Source of the DNA: Trichomonas gallinae
Taxonomy: Eukaryota
Length of the DNA stretch: 41,400 nucleotides
NCBI GenBank assembly: GCA_008369845.1
Contig: MRSU01009438.1
Coordinates: 1 to 41,400 of the forward strand
Reading direction: 5' to 3'
Part shown: positions 17,697 through 28,361 of the stretch, one piece after another
Layout of the letters: each line of letters begins with the position of its first letter
Position numbering within the stretch: the stretch's first letter is position 1
Notes under the pieces: model-generated
Told to the model about the DNA's origin: nothing
Database searches by the model: none
What the model saw: only the letters and a program-made list of their open reading frames with translations
Program-made: the position numbers and the translations under genes

Positions 17697-20600
17697 ATGT
17701 TCCGATCTATCCAGGCGAGTTTTCGCCAGCTTAGAGGGATCAATGTGCAAAACAGACTTCACAGGATATGGATGAAGTATTTCACTATACAAACGCAACC
17801 CATTATATCGTCTATAACTAAAAATCATCCACTAAACGGGCATTATACATGTTTTAATCTTGCGGATGTCAATCAAAAAGTGTTATATACACAAGCAGAC
17901 ATGGTAGAAACTGATCCTGGAACTGCTTTACCAACGCTTTTAAACTTAGAGCAACCAATTTCTCCCCATTATTTTAAATTCTGCAAATTGTTTTTAAATG
18001 AATATAAGGATATCAAGGATAGTCGTACAATCATCTTCGAAGCTCATCCGCATTTAATGCGCGCATTCTTATGCTTTGCATATCAAACGAAAGAAAAAAT
18101 TGAAGCCTTAAATCAGAAAAGAGACACTGCATTCCTTCCTTCCTCGTTTGTATACGACTTTTCATCACTGATTCGCGTAATTACATTCTTGCCAAATGAG
18201 TTTTTCTCGGATTTTTTATTTGCTTGGGGTCAATATCAGCAGTATATACTTGCACTCTTGCCAAAAATCGTTTCTGCACCTGCAGATTCTCCATTTACAA
18301 CAGCTATTTGTGAAATATTCCACGTATTCATCGATTTATTATTCGCCGACCCGGGAATTTGTCCTGAAATGAGTGAAGTTACATTATATATCATATCATA
18401 CTTTACAGCTACCTTTAATGCAAATCAAGAATCCGAAATTATCCTTAAAACGTTTTCAACATTTTGCGAAAAGTTTTCTAGCAACGCTACATTAAGAAAT
18501 ACATTCAACACACAAACATTACAACAGTCAGTCATGCTTATAGTAAGTATTTTGTTATCACTCACCCAAAAAGATCCGAAAGATGATCTAAAAGCATATT
18601 TCCAAAGTGTTCCTTCATATTTTAAACTGATTCATGCGCTAACACCAATCAAATCTGAACTATTACCAACAACAATTGGCCAGTATGGAATAATGACGCC
18701 AATGGTCGATTTTATAGAATGGTGCTCGCGAATTGAGCTTAAAGATGACATCATTCCGCAGCCGTGTGTGCTTGATCCAGTCTATAAATCAATGCAGTAC
18801 CCATCTAATCCATTTACTTTTAGAGATGAAAAACTAATTTCACCTTTGATTGAAATTCCAAAGGTAAACAGCAGCGTTATGTCTGAAATACATCCTTTAT
18901 ATCTCGAAAAATCTCCAATACTGATTTCCATTTTGCTGAAAGTCGCTTTAATCTGCGGAAAAAGTCAAGAAACATTGTCAGATTTTGTCCGTTGTATTTC
19001 AACGAAACTAAAGAACTCGAAATCACTGAAAATGCAGTATTTGGCTGCTGTTGTCCTCTTCAGCTGCTCAGATGCTAATGTTTTCCATTTGGTTATGGAT
19101 TCCACTGACAGCTGGCCAACATTCATATCGAAAACAATTTTCAACAAAAACACAGTTTTGAATCAAGAGTCAGAAAACATTATGCAGCTAAAAGAAATGG
19201 TTTTTTCAATGACAACACGTGCCTTTTTGTCTAAATACGATGATAAAAAGAAACTAATTCAAGCAATGAGTAATGTTATAACACCAGATGATCCACACAT
19301 ATTTAACGAGATGATGTTCCACTTGAACAAAATGATACAAATACATCCACCTTCTTTCATTCAATCTATGATACAGACTGATTTATTAACGAAAATCTTT
19401 GAGACTTATTTCCAATACAGAGAACTTGCTGCTATGAACCCAGAAGATAAAATAACAAGAGATGTTCGCATGCAAATTGTTCAGTTTATTTTCCAGATAA
19501 TAGAAGAAAATTCTGTCAGAGAAACTATTTACAAAAACGATTCATATTGTGAAGCACTTTACATGTTATTATTCGAAGAAGAGACACAGAAGCAAGGATT
19601 TAAACTGATCTTGCAGTGCTTGTCAACATTCCACAGCACATCGCTCTTGAAGCACCTTAATACAGTCATGAGAGTTGGCTTGCAGCAGCCGATGAATCCG
19701 AGATGGAAGGATTTGTTATATAGATTTTTCGATTTAATTACTGATGCAGCACACTATAACTGCGAAGTTATTGCATCATTCTTCCCATCTAGTGGGTGTT
19801 TGTCTACATTTGGTCTTATTCCAGCTGTTTATACTGAATGCGATTCAAAAGATGACGTTTACAAGTTTTTAGTCAAAGATTTAGATTTGTTTATTTTAAT
19901 GTTCAACAAGTCAAACGCATTCCAAACGAGTTTCTCGAATCCAAATGCCAAAGTCAGGGCTAACATGGAGAAAGCTTTGAAGCACATTAAGATTGATGAT
20001 GTTATTGTTAATCATTTATTAAGTTTGGCGACAAATACACATATTACACTCAAAACAATTACAAAATATGCTGAAATTACATGCGTTGATGGTCTTGCAA
20101 TGTTATACAATGCAACTGAAGGTACAGAATTCCACCAACCAATCATAGATTTTCTTGCTGAAATTACAGAACATTCTATATCAAATAGATATCAATGCTT
20201 CAGGGCGAATATCATTCAAAACTTCATGAAGTTAATCCCAACAAATACTCTTCCATCAACTATGAAATTATTCTCGCAGATTGGCGCATCATACTTCAGA
20301 ATGAACGAATTATCACTGACAATTAGATTGTTGAAATCTGTTAATTCAAGTTATGTTCTTCCTTTAGTTGCATCAATCAATAAAATGATGGAGCTGTATG
20401 ACACAGATACTCCAACATCATTCTTGCATTTCGGCATCGAAGATCCTGTTTTTTCGATTCCTCCTTTCCAAATCAACAAAAAGTTCGCACTTACGTCAAT
20501 GGTTTACTTGGAGAATGACAGCACTAAACTAACTAAAAGACCGTCACTTTTAATTAACATCACGTCAAAAACACAAAAGTTGGATGTTTCTATTGTCGAA

Positions 20601-23600
20601 AACGAGATGTATATTGATTTAACAGACGACAACAAGACTAAAAACATTAAACTCACTGATCAAATTCAATATCACACATGGTTCCAGTTATGCATTTCAT
20701 TCGAGCCGAGATCAATTACAGTTTACATTGATAAAAAGCAAATGAGTAGAATTGATTTGGACGAAAGATTCGTTTTCTATGATAATATTGTTTATTTCTC
20801 GATTAGAGGAGAAAAAGCAAACATAGAAAAAGTTTGCTTATTTAACTGGTCACTTCCAGCTGCTTTAGCTACAGCAGAAGAAATCGACGAGAAAACAGCA
20901 ACTAAATATTATGCTTTGTCGAAATATTCCGCGGCTCAATTCCACGACAATAAGTGCATCAATGGAGTTACGGATGGTATTGTTAGCGCATCATTTAACG
21001 GATTAGTTGTACCATTCATGATATCCACAATTGAAGCGATTCCAACCTGCGGTGGTCCAAGAATTTTCTTGCCTTTGTTCGAGATGATAGATCAATCAGA
21101 AGATCCACCAAAATTATTCACGCAACTTTTGACTGTCATCCACAATCTTGCCGCTAAGAATGACACATTGTTCGAGAACCAAAGATTCTTCAGATCTTTG
21201 GGACACATTTTACTGAAGATCAATAAGGAGATAATTACAGAACACGCTATTGATGAATTATATGGAGCCTACAAATGCATCAGAATCGATTCTCTGAAGA
21301 AAGAGATGATCAGATATGTTTGGGGTGATTTCGCAATTTGGATGGATGTTTCTGTCGACTTGAAGTTATTCGTTTTCACTGGAGTATTCACTGGATTGCT
21401 TCAGACAGATGCGCAAACACTTATTGATGTCATTCCATTCAAGGATTTCATGACGAGATTCATCATGATGCTGCAGAACGAAAAAGAACACGAGTTAATC
21501 AACAGATGCTGGAATTTCTTGTTCATTCTCGCTCAAGAAGAGTTCACTATGGATGACGCTGTTTATTTATACACAGCAATCATTTCAACGACAAACACAT
21601 GGATAACTTTATCATCTATCGAATTGTTGAGGAACTTAATTACAGAAAACTGCCGCGCGATGATTGAATTCATCAGAGAAAGAGAATTCTATCATCCATT
21701 CATACAAATGCTCAACCATAGCAATGAGACAGTCAGAATATACGGTATCCATCTTCTGTATTATATGCACTATAAAGCAAGAGTTTTTGGTATTGCACAT
21801 GTTGACTTATCTGACATTTTGATCAACGCTGTGAGATTGTATTACCACACAGATCAGACTGATTATTCAATTCACATCACATTAGGTTGCATGTTTGGAG
21901 TATTAGACATTGCTACTGAGCCGCCAATAAACTACATTTTCGATGTAAATAGAGCGAAATCTCTTGAGCATCCTCAGTTCTTCCCATTAATCGAAACAAT
22001 GATACAAGATGCCAAACCAGAAATGATACAACTTATTTCAGATGTGATGCTTAAAACACTCTTGAATGATGATAAATCATGCATCAACATGGGAACATGC
22101 AATTTATATCCATTCTGGATTATTTTCTTCTCATTCAGAGACGGAAAACTCGATGAATGGATTAAAGTTCTCGCAAGAATCATGACATTTAAGGCAATAC
22201 AGAAAGACTTTGATCCTATGTATGAGTTGATGACTGTTTATCTCATCTGCCAAAACTGCGGCTTGAAGTCTACTTCTATCATCAGAGAAATGTTGATGGG
22301 AGCTGTTACAACTAACAACCAGAAAGTATTAGATTTTTCATTGAGATTCATTCTTTATGTTGATGTAAATGATGATGATTTGAAGATGTTCAGGAGAGAA
22401 CCACTTAAACCACAAATCAAGTTCGACCTCTTGCAAACATTTGCGCAAAAAATCATTCTATCCAAAGAAAACTATGATAACGATTTAGTATACACAAGAC
22501 AAACGACAACAGATCCATGGCCAGATTTCTTCTTGGCAATTAGAGTAGTTAGAGCAATTTTAGATCTCGATCCTAGAATATTCAACTCTAACATCGCTTT
22601 CTTCCCAGAAATCACGATTACTTATGCAACATTGGCTGCACTTTTGATGACATATATTTACCAGCAGAGTAGATCAGACTCTGATCCACTTGTTGCAGCA
22701 TTCTGTGCAAAATGCATGAAATGTCAGAACAGAGAATCACTTGTTACATCTATGTTCATTCTTCTTGACAAATACAGCTACACTTGCGATGAAAGTGAAA
22801 AACTGATCGATACACTTCGCAACTGCAGCAAATCATATGAAATTGTTACATTAGAAACAGTAAACGACATCACTGAAGGCGCCGTGACAACAACAATTAA
22901 CGATATAATGAGGACAATGGATAACTACAGAAAGGCAAGACTCCAGTTCATCGTTGACAGGAATAATATTTTGAGCAATTTGTTGGATAACTTCTACAAT
23001 GATAATTCTGGCGAGCACTTCTTCTATGATATCAAGCAGTTGTACAGAGTTAACATTGAAAACATATTCCAGGAGAACGCGCGTATCTTGAGAGGTAATG
23101 CTAAATTCTGGCGCGACGTGATGAAAATGATGCATAACCAGATCGGTGGTCCATGGGGTGCAGAAGAATCAATCAGACAACACTTCATGGCTGGAAATTA
23201 TTTAGATCCAATAGGAAGAAGAATGAAGACAAAAGTGAACTATCACTTCACATTGCACGAAGACGCATCATTGAGAAGAGATAATTCACTTGACGAGCAG
23301 AATGTCCAGTCCATATTCGTTCCATCAACAGAACCAACGGACACTGACGAACCTAACAACAGATTGAACACAGTACAAATCGAGTGCAGGCTCATTACAT
23401 TGGCTGTGAATTACACAGGAACACTTTTCCTCGGTAACAATTTGCTGGCTTTCGAATCATCTAGTGCTGTTAGTGGAATTGGAAATGAAGAGATAACAAA
23501 GCAGAAGATCATCGAAATTGGTTTAGATCAAATTTCATTCATTCTAAAGAGAAGATACTTGCACATCGACAACAGTGTTGAAGTTTTCACTACGTCAAAC

Positions 23601-25550
23601 AGAAGCTATTTCTTCATTTTCGCGAACGATCCAGTCAGAATGAGCTTCTTGAAGCAGATAAAGGCGATGAAGCCTCCGAACTGCAAATTCATTCAACTCA
23701 AAGATGCAATTAAGTTCTACCACGAGATGAGTCTCGCGAAGAAGTGGAACAACGGTGAAATCAGCAACTATGAATATTTATACTGGTTAAATATTCTTGC
23801 AGGCAGATCTTTCCACGATCTTGCACAGTACCCAGTCTTCCCATGGGTTATCGCTGATTACACAAGTCAGACACTTGATTTAACGAAGGAGTCATCATAC
23901 AGAGACCTTTCAAAGCCAATGGGCGCATTGAATGAAGAAAGACTCGAACAGCTCGATTTCTTGTACAAAGAAACGAAAGATACACCAATGGCTGCTTTGT
24001 ACAGATTCCACTACAGCACAGCCGCATATGTCATTGGCTACTTAATCAGAGTTGAACCATTCACATCATTACACATTGATTTGCAAAGTGGAAAATTCGA
24101 TCATCCGAATCGTCTATTCTACTCTATCCCAGAATCATATGGCAGCTGCGTTTCTAAGAATCCGGACTTCAGAGAATTGATCCCAGAGTTCTTCACGTTC
24201 CCAGACATGATCAATAACACTGATCACTTCGACCTAGGAAACCTTTTAGATGGCGGAAGAGTTGATGATGTAATTTTACCACCATGGGCCAAATCAGCAT
24301 CTGATTTCATTACAATCAACAGACTTGCACTTGAGTCTCCTTACGTTTCAGCTCACATCCACCAGTGGATTGATTTAATTTTCGGTTTCAACAGCAGAGG
24401 AATTAACGCAGAAAAAGCTCACAACAACTTCCATCCATACAGTTATCCTAGCGCAATCACTCCAGAAGTTCTATCTGATCCAGCGATGCTCACATTCGTT
24501 CAATCGCATGCGGCCAACTGTGGTGTTGTTCCTGATCAATTATTCCAGCAGCCTCATTCACAAAGAATGTTCATACCAAGACCATCGAAGTTGTCAGATC
24601 CAAGCAAACCATCGCTTTTCGAGCCAAAGAAATACTTCCGCGCTCCACCGTCAGTTCTCAGATTCACTCCGCAAAAGGACACAGTCTGGATACTCACGAA
24701 GTTTGGAGACATTACACAACACAATGCAGTTGAAGGAGCATTGCTACAAGAGATGAAAGTATCATTAACTGTTCCTTCTGATATAGCTCGTCTTGTTTTC
24801 TTCGAGAAACATCTCGTTTTCAGGCCACAAGCTATGTTCTTGTCGACACCACTCTCAAAGACCGTCTATTATATCGATATAACCGAAAAGCGCACGAAGG
24901 ATATAATAGCGTTCAAAGCACATTCTGTCGCCATCACATCTCTAGCAATGGATATCGCTAGAGGTGAAATAATCGCTGCAACATCTGCTGGTGATTCTTC
25001 TTTGATTGTTTGGGATCTTAAGAGGCTATGCGGAAAGTGCAGAATTGTCGCGCATACGTCATCAATCGTTTCAGTTGATGTCAACATTTTGAGTGATGTT
25101 GTTGCATCTATTGATGAATCAGGTACATTAGTTCTAAGCTCATTAACAACTGGCTCATTCTTGCGCAGTGCAAATTTCGGTCCGAACCCATCGTACATCA
25201 AGATTTCGCCACTCGGATATATTGTTGTTATCTACCAGATTCACGAAGAACGTGGAGATTCAACTAGAATCATCATCGTTGATTTCGGCACGAGAACAGT
25301 TGCTGAGAAAGTCATGGAAGGAAAACTCACAGCGTTTTCAATGATAGAGCTCAAAGACTGCAGCTCATTCCTCGCTGTTGCCCTCGAAACAAAGTATGTC
25401 TACATCATGAACATCTTCGATCTAAACATCAGATGCAAAGGACCAGTTGCGGATACAGTCACTGAAATTGAATATTCTAAGGACGAAGAGCGTCTTTTCA
25501 TTCTACAAAGAAATGGAGATATTTACAAATTCGATTTCATTGATGCTTAA
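17697..25550 (+). CDS. Beige/BEACH-domain protein (ConA-like, PH-BEACH, BEACH, WD40; neurobeachin/NBEAL-like architecture)
   Basis: KRRYLHIDNSVEVF (PH-BEACH); WNNGEISNYEYLYWLNILAGRSFHDLAQYPVFPWV, YRDLSKPMG, HYST, FDHPNRLF, ELIPEFF, LPPWA, WIDLIFG (BEACH); C-terminal WD repeats. Inr TCATTT before the ATG. Confidence 0.95.
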   Translation: MFRSIQASFRQLRGINVQNRLHRIWMKYFTIQTQPIISSITKNHPLNGHYTCFNLADVNQKVLYTQADMVETDPGTALPTLLNLEQPISPHYFKFCKLFLNEYKDIKDSRTIIFEAHPHLMRAFLCFAYQTKEKIEALNQKRDTAFLPSSFVYDFSSLIRVITFLPNEFFSDFLFAWGQYQQYILALLPKIVSAPADSPFTTAICEIFHVFIDLLFADPGICPEMSEVTLYIISYFTATFNANQESEIILKTFSTFCEKFSSNATLRNTFNTQTLQQSVMLIVSILLSLTQKDPKDDLKAYFQSVPSYFKLIHALTPIKSELLPTTIGQYGIMTPMVDFIEWCSRIELKDDIIPQPCVLDPVYKSMQYPSNPFTFRDEKLISPLIEIPKVNSSVMSEIHPLYLEKSPILISILLKVALICGKSQETLSDFVRCISTKLKNSKSLKMQYLAAVVLFSCSDANVFHLVMDSTDSWPTFISKTIFNKNTVLNQESENIMQLKEMVFSMTTRAFLSKYDDKKKLIQAMSNVITPDDPHIFNEMMFHLNKMIQIHPPSFIQSMIQTDLLTKIFETYFQYRELAAMNPEDKITRDVRMQIVQFIFQIIEENSVRETIYKNDSYCEALYMLLFEEETQKQGFKLILQCLSTFHSTSLLKHLNTVMRVGLQQPMNPRWKDLLYRFFDLITDAAHYNCEVIASFFPSSGCLSTFGLIPAVYTECDSKDDVYKFLVKDLDLFILMFNKSNAFQTSFSNPNAKVRANMEKALKHIKIDDVIVNHLLSLATNTHITLKTITKYAEITCVDGLAMLYNATEGTEFHQPIIDFLAEITEHSISNRYQCFRANIIQNFMKLIPTNTLPSTMKLFSQIGASYFRMNELSLTIRLLKSVNSSYVLPLVASINKMMELYDTDTPTSFLHFGIEDPVFSIPPFQINKKFALTSMVYLENDSTKLTKRPSLLINITSKTQKLDVSIVENEMYIDLTDDNKTKNIKLTDQIQYHTWFQLCISFEPRSITVYIDKKQMSRIDLDERFVFYDNIVYFSIRGEKANIEKVCLFNWSLPAALATAEEIDEKTATKYYALSKYSAAQFHDNKCINGVTDGIVSASFNGLVVPFMISTIEAIPTCGGPRIFLPLFEMIDQSEDPPKLFTQLLTVIHNLAAKNDTLFENQRFFRSLGHILLKINKEIITEHAIDELYGAYKCIRIDSLKKEMIRYVWGDFAIWMDVSVDLKLFVFTGVFTGLLQTDAQTLIDVIPFKDFMTRFIMMLQNEKEHELINRCWNFLFILAQEEFTMDDAVYLYTAIISTTNTWITLSSIELLRNLITENCRAMIEFIREREFYHPFIQMLNHSNETVRIYGIHLLYYMHYKARVFGIAHVDLSDILINAVRLYYHTDQTDYSIHITLGCMFGVLDIATEPPINYIFDVNRAKSLEHPQFFPLIETMIQDAKPEMIQLISDVMLKTLLNDDKSCINMGTCNLYPFWIIFFSFRDGKLDEWIKVLARIMTFKAIQKDFDPMYELMTVYLICQNCGLKSTSIIREMLMGAVTTNNQKVLDFSLRFILYVDVNDDDLKMFRREPLKPQIKFDLLQTFAQKIILSKENYDNDLVYTRQTTTDPWPDFFLAIRVVRAILDLDPRIFNSNIAFFPEITITYATLAALLMTYIYQQSRSDSDPLVAAFCAKCMKCQNRESLVTSMFILLDKYSYTCDESEKLIDTLRNCSKSYEIVTLETVNDITEGAVTTTINDIMRTMDNYRKARLQFIVDRNNILSNLLDNFYNDNSGEHFFYDIKQLYRVNIENIFQENARILRGNAKFWRDVMKMMHNQIGGPWGAEESIRQHFMAGNYLDPIGRRMKTKVNYHFTLHEDASLRRDNSLDEQNVQSIFVPSTEPTDTDEPNNRLNTVQIECRLITLAVNYTGTLFLGNNLLAFESSSAVSGIGNEEITKQKIIEIGLDQISFILKRRYLHIDNSVEVFTTSNRSYFFIFANDPVRMSFLKQIKAMKPPNCKFIQLKDAIKFYHEMSLAKKWNNGEISNYEYLYWLNILAGRSFHDLAQYPVFPWVIADYTSQTLDLTKESSYRDLSKPMGALNEERLEQLDFLYKETKDTPMAALYRFHYSTAAYVIGYLIRVEPFTSLHIDLQSGKFDHPNRLFYSIPESYGSCVSKNPDFRELIPEFFTFPDMINNTDHFDLGNLLDGGRVDDVILPPWAKSASDFITINRLALESPYVSAHIHQWIDLIFGFNSRGINAEKAHNNFHPYSYPSAITPEVLSDPAMLTFVQSHAANCGVVPDQLFQQPHSQRMFIPRPSKLSDPSKPSLFEPKKYFRAPPSVLRFTPQKDTVWILTKFGDITQHNAVEGALLQEMKVSLTVPSDIARLVFFEKHLVFRPQAMFLSTPLSKTVYYIDITEKRTKDIIAFKAHSVAITSLAMDIARGEIIAATSAGDSSLIVWDLKRLCGKCRIVAHTSSIVSVDVNILSDVVASIDESGTLVLSSLTTGSFLRSANFGPNPSYIKISPLGYIVVIYQIHEERGDSTRIIIVDFGTRTVAEKVMEGKLTAFSMIELKDCSSFLAVALETKYVYIMNIFDLNIRCKGPVADTVTEIEYSKDEERLFILQRNGDIYKFDFIDA

Positions 25551-25827
25551 TCTATTTTTTTTAATTATTATTCTAATTAATTAAATATTTTTGTTTTGAT
25601 TTACTAAAATTTGAAATATTTCTTTAAACCATATATAGTTTATGCTTATTTTAACACATTAATTTCAATATATTATATCAAATTTTCAAAAATGATTTTG
25701 AATTAATAAAATTAATATTATAGACTATAAATGAATTTTAGTAATCATAACATAAACATTTAACAACGATCAAAGACTTGAAGAAAATATATATTATTTG
25801 AGGTATTCAAAATATATAAATTAGCAG

Positions 25828-26250
25828 TTAAAAAGGTTTGTACATTAAAGCCATAATAAAAACGAGTTTTTGAACACCCTCTTCTGGAGTAACAATATCA
25901 ATATATCCGCTATTACCAGGTGCAAGCAAAACATTAAGTTTATCTGATTCACTTATCCATGACTTAATGAATGCTGGTGCTGTTTGTCCAACATAGTCAT
26001 CAATAATAACACCATGTTGAATAGCGATTTCATTTGGCTTTGTAATTTTGATTTGCTGGTTATTTAAAGCGAGTGGAACATAATGCGCTAAGTAATTATC
26101 AATTTCTAAAGGATCTTGGCCAAATTGTTCTCTATATAAGTTGATAACACCCATTAAAGTCTGTGTATCTGTTGGCTGGCCTTTTGTCTTCTTGAATTTG
26201 AGTACTTTGGCGTGTGGATTTACTGGGTTTGGGATTTGTTTTTGGCTCAT
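25828..26250 (-). CDS. Small protein with a degenerate CAP/SCP-like domain
   Basis: INLYREQFGQDPLEIDNYLA resembles 'N..R...G..PL..D..L'. FIKSWISESDKLNVLLAP resembles 'V..WM.S.GH..N.L.P'. Inr GTCACTTT lies just upstream. Confidence 0.5.
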   Translation of the reverse strand: MSQKQIPNPVNPHAKVLKFKKTKGQPTDTQTLMGVINLYREQFGQDPLEIDNYLAHYVPLALNNQQIKITKPNEIAIQHGVIIDDYVGQTAPAFIKSWISESDKLNVLLAPGNSGYIDIVTPEEGVQKLVFIMALMYKPF

Positions 26251-26504
26251 ATGAAATAAAAAAGTGACGGTTAACGGAATTTGTTTTTTGTCATTTAAAT
26301 TAATTTACATGTCAAAATATCAGAGATTCGGTTATTTCTCATGTAGTTCATATGATAATTTTTTTTTTTCAAAAATGGTTATATAAATAATAATGTGATA
26401 TTTATCATTGTGTGAATTCGCGAGCGAATTTTAAATCATTATTTGCACTTCCCTACTATAATTAATTAATTAATTGAGTATGATATGATTTCATTGATTT
26501 TGGA

Positions 26505-27599
26505 TTATGATTTGTAATTTTCAAGCATATAAAATAGGAGTGACATAAGATCAGTCATGTCTCTTAAAGCAATGACGCTACAATTTTGACAAATAAGTTC
26601 TGGGATGCTAACAGTTGAATGATTTCTCAATGCAAAATGCTCAAAATTTGCTAAATGTGTTGAAACTTTTTGACAAGACATTCCTAGATGAGATGTTGCA
26701 TCTAAAACTGGATGATATTCCGGACAAATTGTATTTTCATCATAGATTAGAGAAATTCCTTTTCCAATTAAATTTTCATTAGAAATTTGTGTTGAAAGAT
26801 TTGGATCTTTCACTGGATAATGATCTATGCACACACAGTAGGATTGCTTTATTATGTCTTTTAATTCCAATGGAATAATTGAATCAAGCAAATCATTAAT
26901 CTCATTCATATTAGAATTGTTACCATTATAAATAAGCATAATATTGATAGATTTTGTGTTTTTCGATTCAACAAACGTTTTAAGTGTCGAATAAACGCCA
27001 AAAAGTAGTGCATTTTGATTTGCAGAAAATAATTCGTTATTTGTGCTAAATTGACAAGCTGTGACTTTTGGAAACAAACCCAAATCCCAGCCCTTTAAGC
27101 TACTTGCATCAATTAATAATTTTGAACAAATATATTCTGTGAAAGTTGGCTCTCCAACAAAAGAAACAACGATAATATCATCAACTATTGTACATATTGG
27201 ATCAATTGAATCAAAATATTTAGTTACAATCTTTCCAGTATCATTTTCATAAAAAATTTGACCAGCAACATAATATCCTGGATGTGATTTTGGTAAATAA
27301 TCGACTTTAATCGCATTAAAGTGTTTGTAAACGTAATCAGATAAAAATATAATTCGTGAGGTTGCAAAATTATAATTTGCTGCAATAATTGTAGATTTTT
27401 CTATTCCTGATTTGTCAATTGCAACAATTGTTAAATTATCTTTCATATAAAATGATTTTTTAGGTAAATTTTTTCCAAAATCTTTAGGATCGAGTTCTTC
27501 GAACTTTTTCTTTTTGAGCAAATTCCGTGCAAAGCTTAGGGTATGCTGTGGTGAAGGTGATTTCTGTAAAAATGTTTTATAATCAGATAAATATTCCAT
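26505..27599 (-). CDS. M18 aspartyl aminopeptidase-like protein lacking most metal ligands
   Basis: FLQKSPSPQHTL...L....FEEL, IIAA, VAGQIFY, GWDLGLF, SYCVCID and LIGKGISL follow the M18 layout. Confidence 0.7.
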   Translation of the reverse strand: MEYLSDYKTFLQKSPSPQHTLSFARNLLKKKKFEELDPKDFGKNLPKKSFYMKDNLTIVAIDKSGIEKSTIIAANYNFATSRIIFLSDYVYKHFNAIKVDYLPKSHPGYYVAGQIFYENDTGKIVTKYFDSIDPICTIVDDIIVVSFVGEPTFTEYICSKLLIDASSLKGWDLGLFPKVTACQFSTNNELFSANQNALLFGVYSTLKTFVESKNTKSINIMLIYNGNNSNMNEINDLLDSIIPLELKDIIKQSYCVCIDHYPVKDPNLSTQISNENLIGKGISLIYDENTICPEYHPVLDATSHLGMSCQKVSTHLANFEHFALRNHSTVSIPELICQNCSVIALRDMTDLMSLLFYMLENYKS

Positions 27600-27829
27600 T
27601 TGCAGATAATGCCAAAAATATAAAATTTACACGACATATTTTGCATTACATGTCAAATACAAAAAAAAAAAAACTCGAGTGAATTTTCATTAAGACAAAG
27701 TTCCTATTTCAAGAGCAATGGAATTATCTATAGATCTAAAACATTGTATACAAGTTCTATCATTTAATATATTACATTCAGACACCATTTCATATATTTT
27801 GCGAAAAAATTAGTACTATTGTATCCAAA

Positions 27830-27903
27830 TAGGGATCAAGTTTGGCGCAAAAAGTGACGCTTTTGGCTCAGGTACCACAAAAGAGCGCCAAACGAAATCC
27901 CTA
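27830..27903. mobile_element. 74-bp MITE-like element with TAGGGAT...ATCCCTA termini
   Basis: Left TAGGGATcaaGTTTGGCGC versus reverse complement of right TAGGGATttcGTTTGGCGC (16/19 identical). Flanks atccaaa / tgccaaa (5/7). Confidence 0.6.
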
Positions 27904-28361
27904 TGCCAAATTTTTATTACTCTCTGTTTCAAGGAATGGTTATCAAGTTAAAAACTATACAAATTAGGCTTAGCAAATATTATAGTAGCATCCCTATAGT
28001 GTATATAATAACATATTAAACTTGCTAAGGAATCTAAAAAAAATTGGCGAGTTACTGCGGTTCTGCAGTGGGCAGGAAAAATTTGAAAAAAACGGGGAAA
28101 AAAACGTAAAAATGAAACTTCGAACTTTTTGTTTTTTTTTTAATAACGTACAAAACCGCGTCCTACCTTTCTAATTTTGTAAAATAAATTATTAGTTTTA
28201 CGGGTGTGAATGTGCACGATAATATTCAAATTTGACTTGAAAATAATCGATTTATAAATTTTCCAGACTTTTATATTTGAATACTTTACATGTCAAAAAA
28301 TGCTGGAAATATGTTTACATGTCGGAAATTTTATGGTAATTCTGACTATTCATTTATTTAA

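Noticed and set aside
26415..26430. Hairpin AATTCGC-GA-GCGAATT
   Set aside because: A single 7-bp stem is compatible with chance and has no supporting context.
28045..28170. GC-richer tract with A/T runs (similar tract at about 39960-40160) as ncRNA or TE
   Set aside because: No tRNA, snoRNA or TIR/TSD structure could be identified by eye; would need Rfam or repeat searches.
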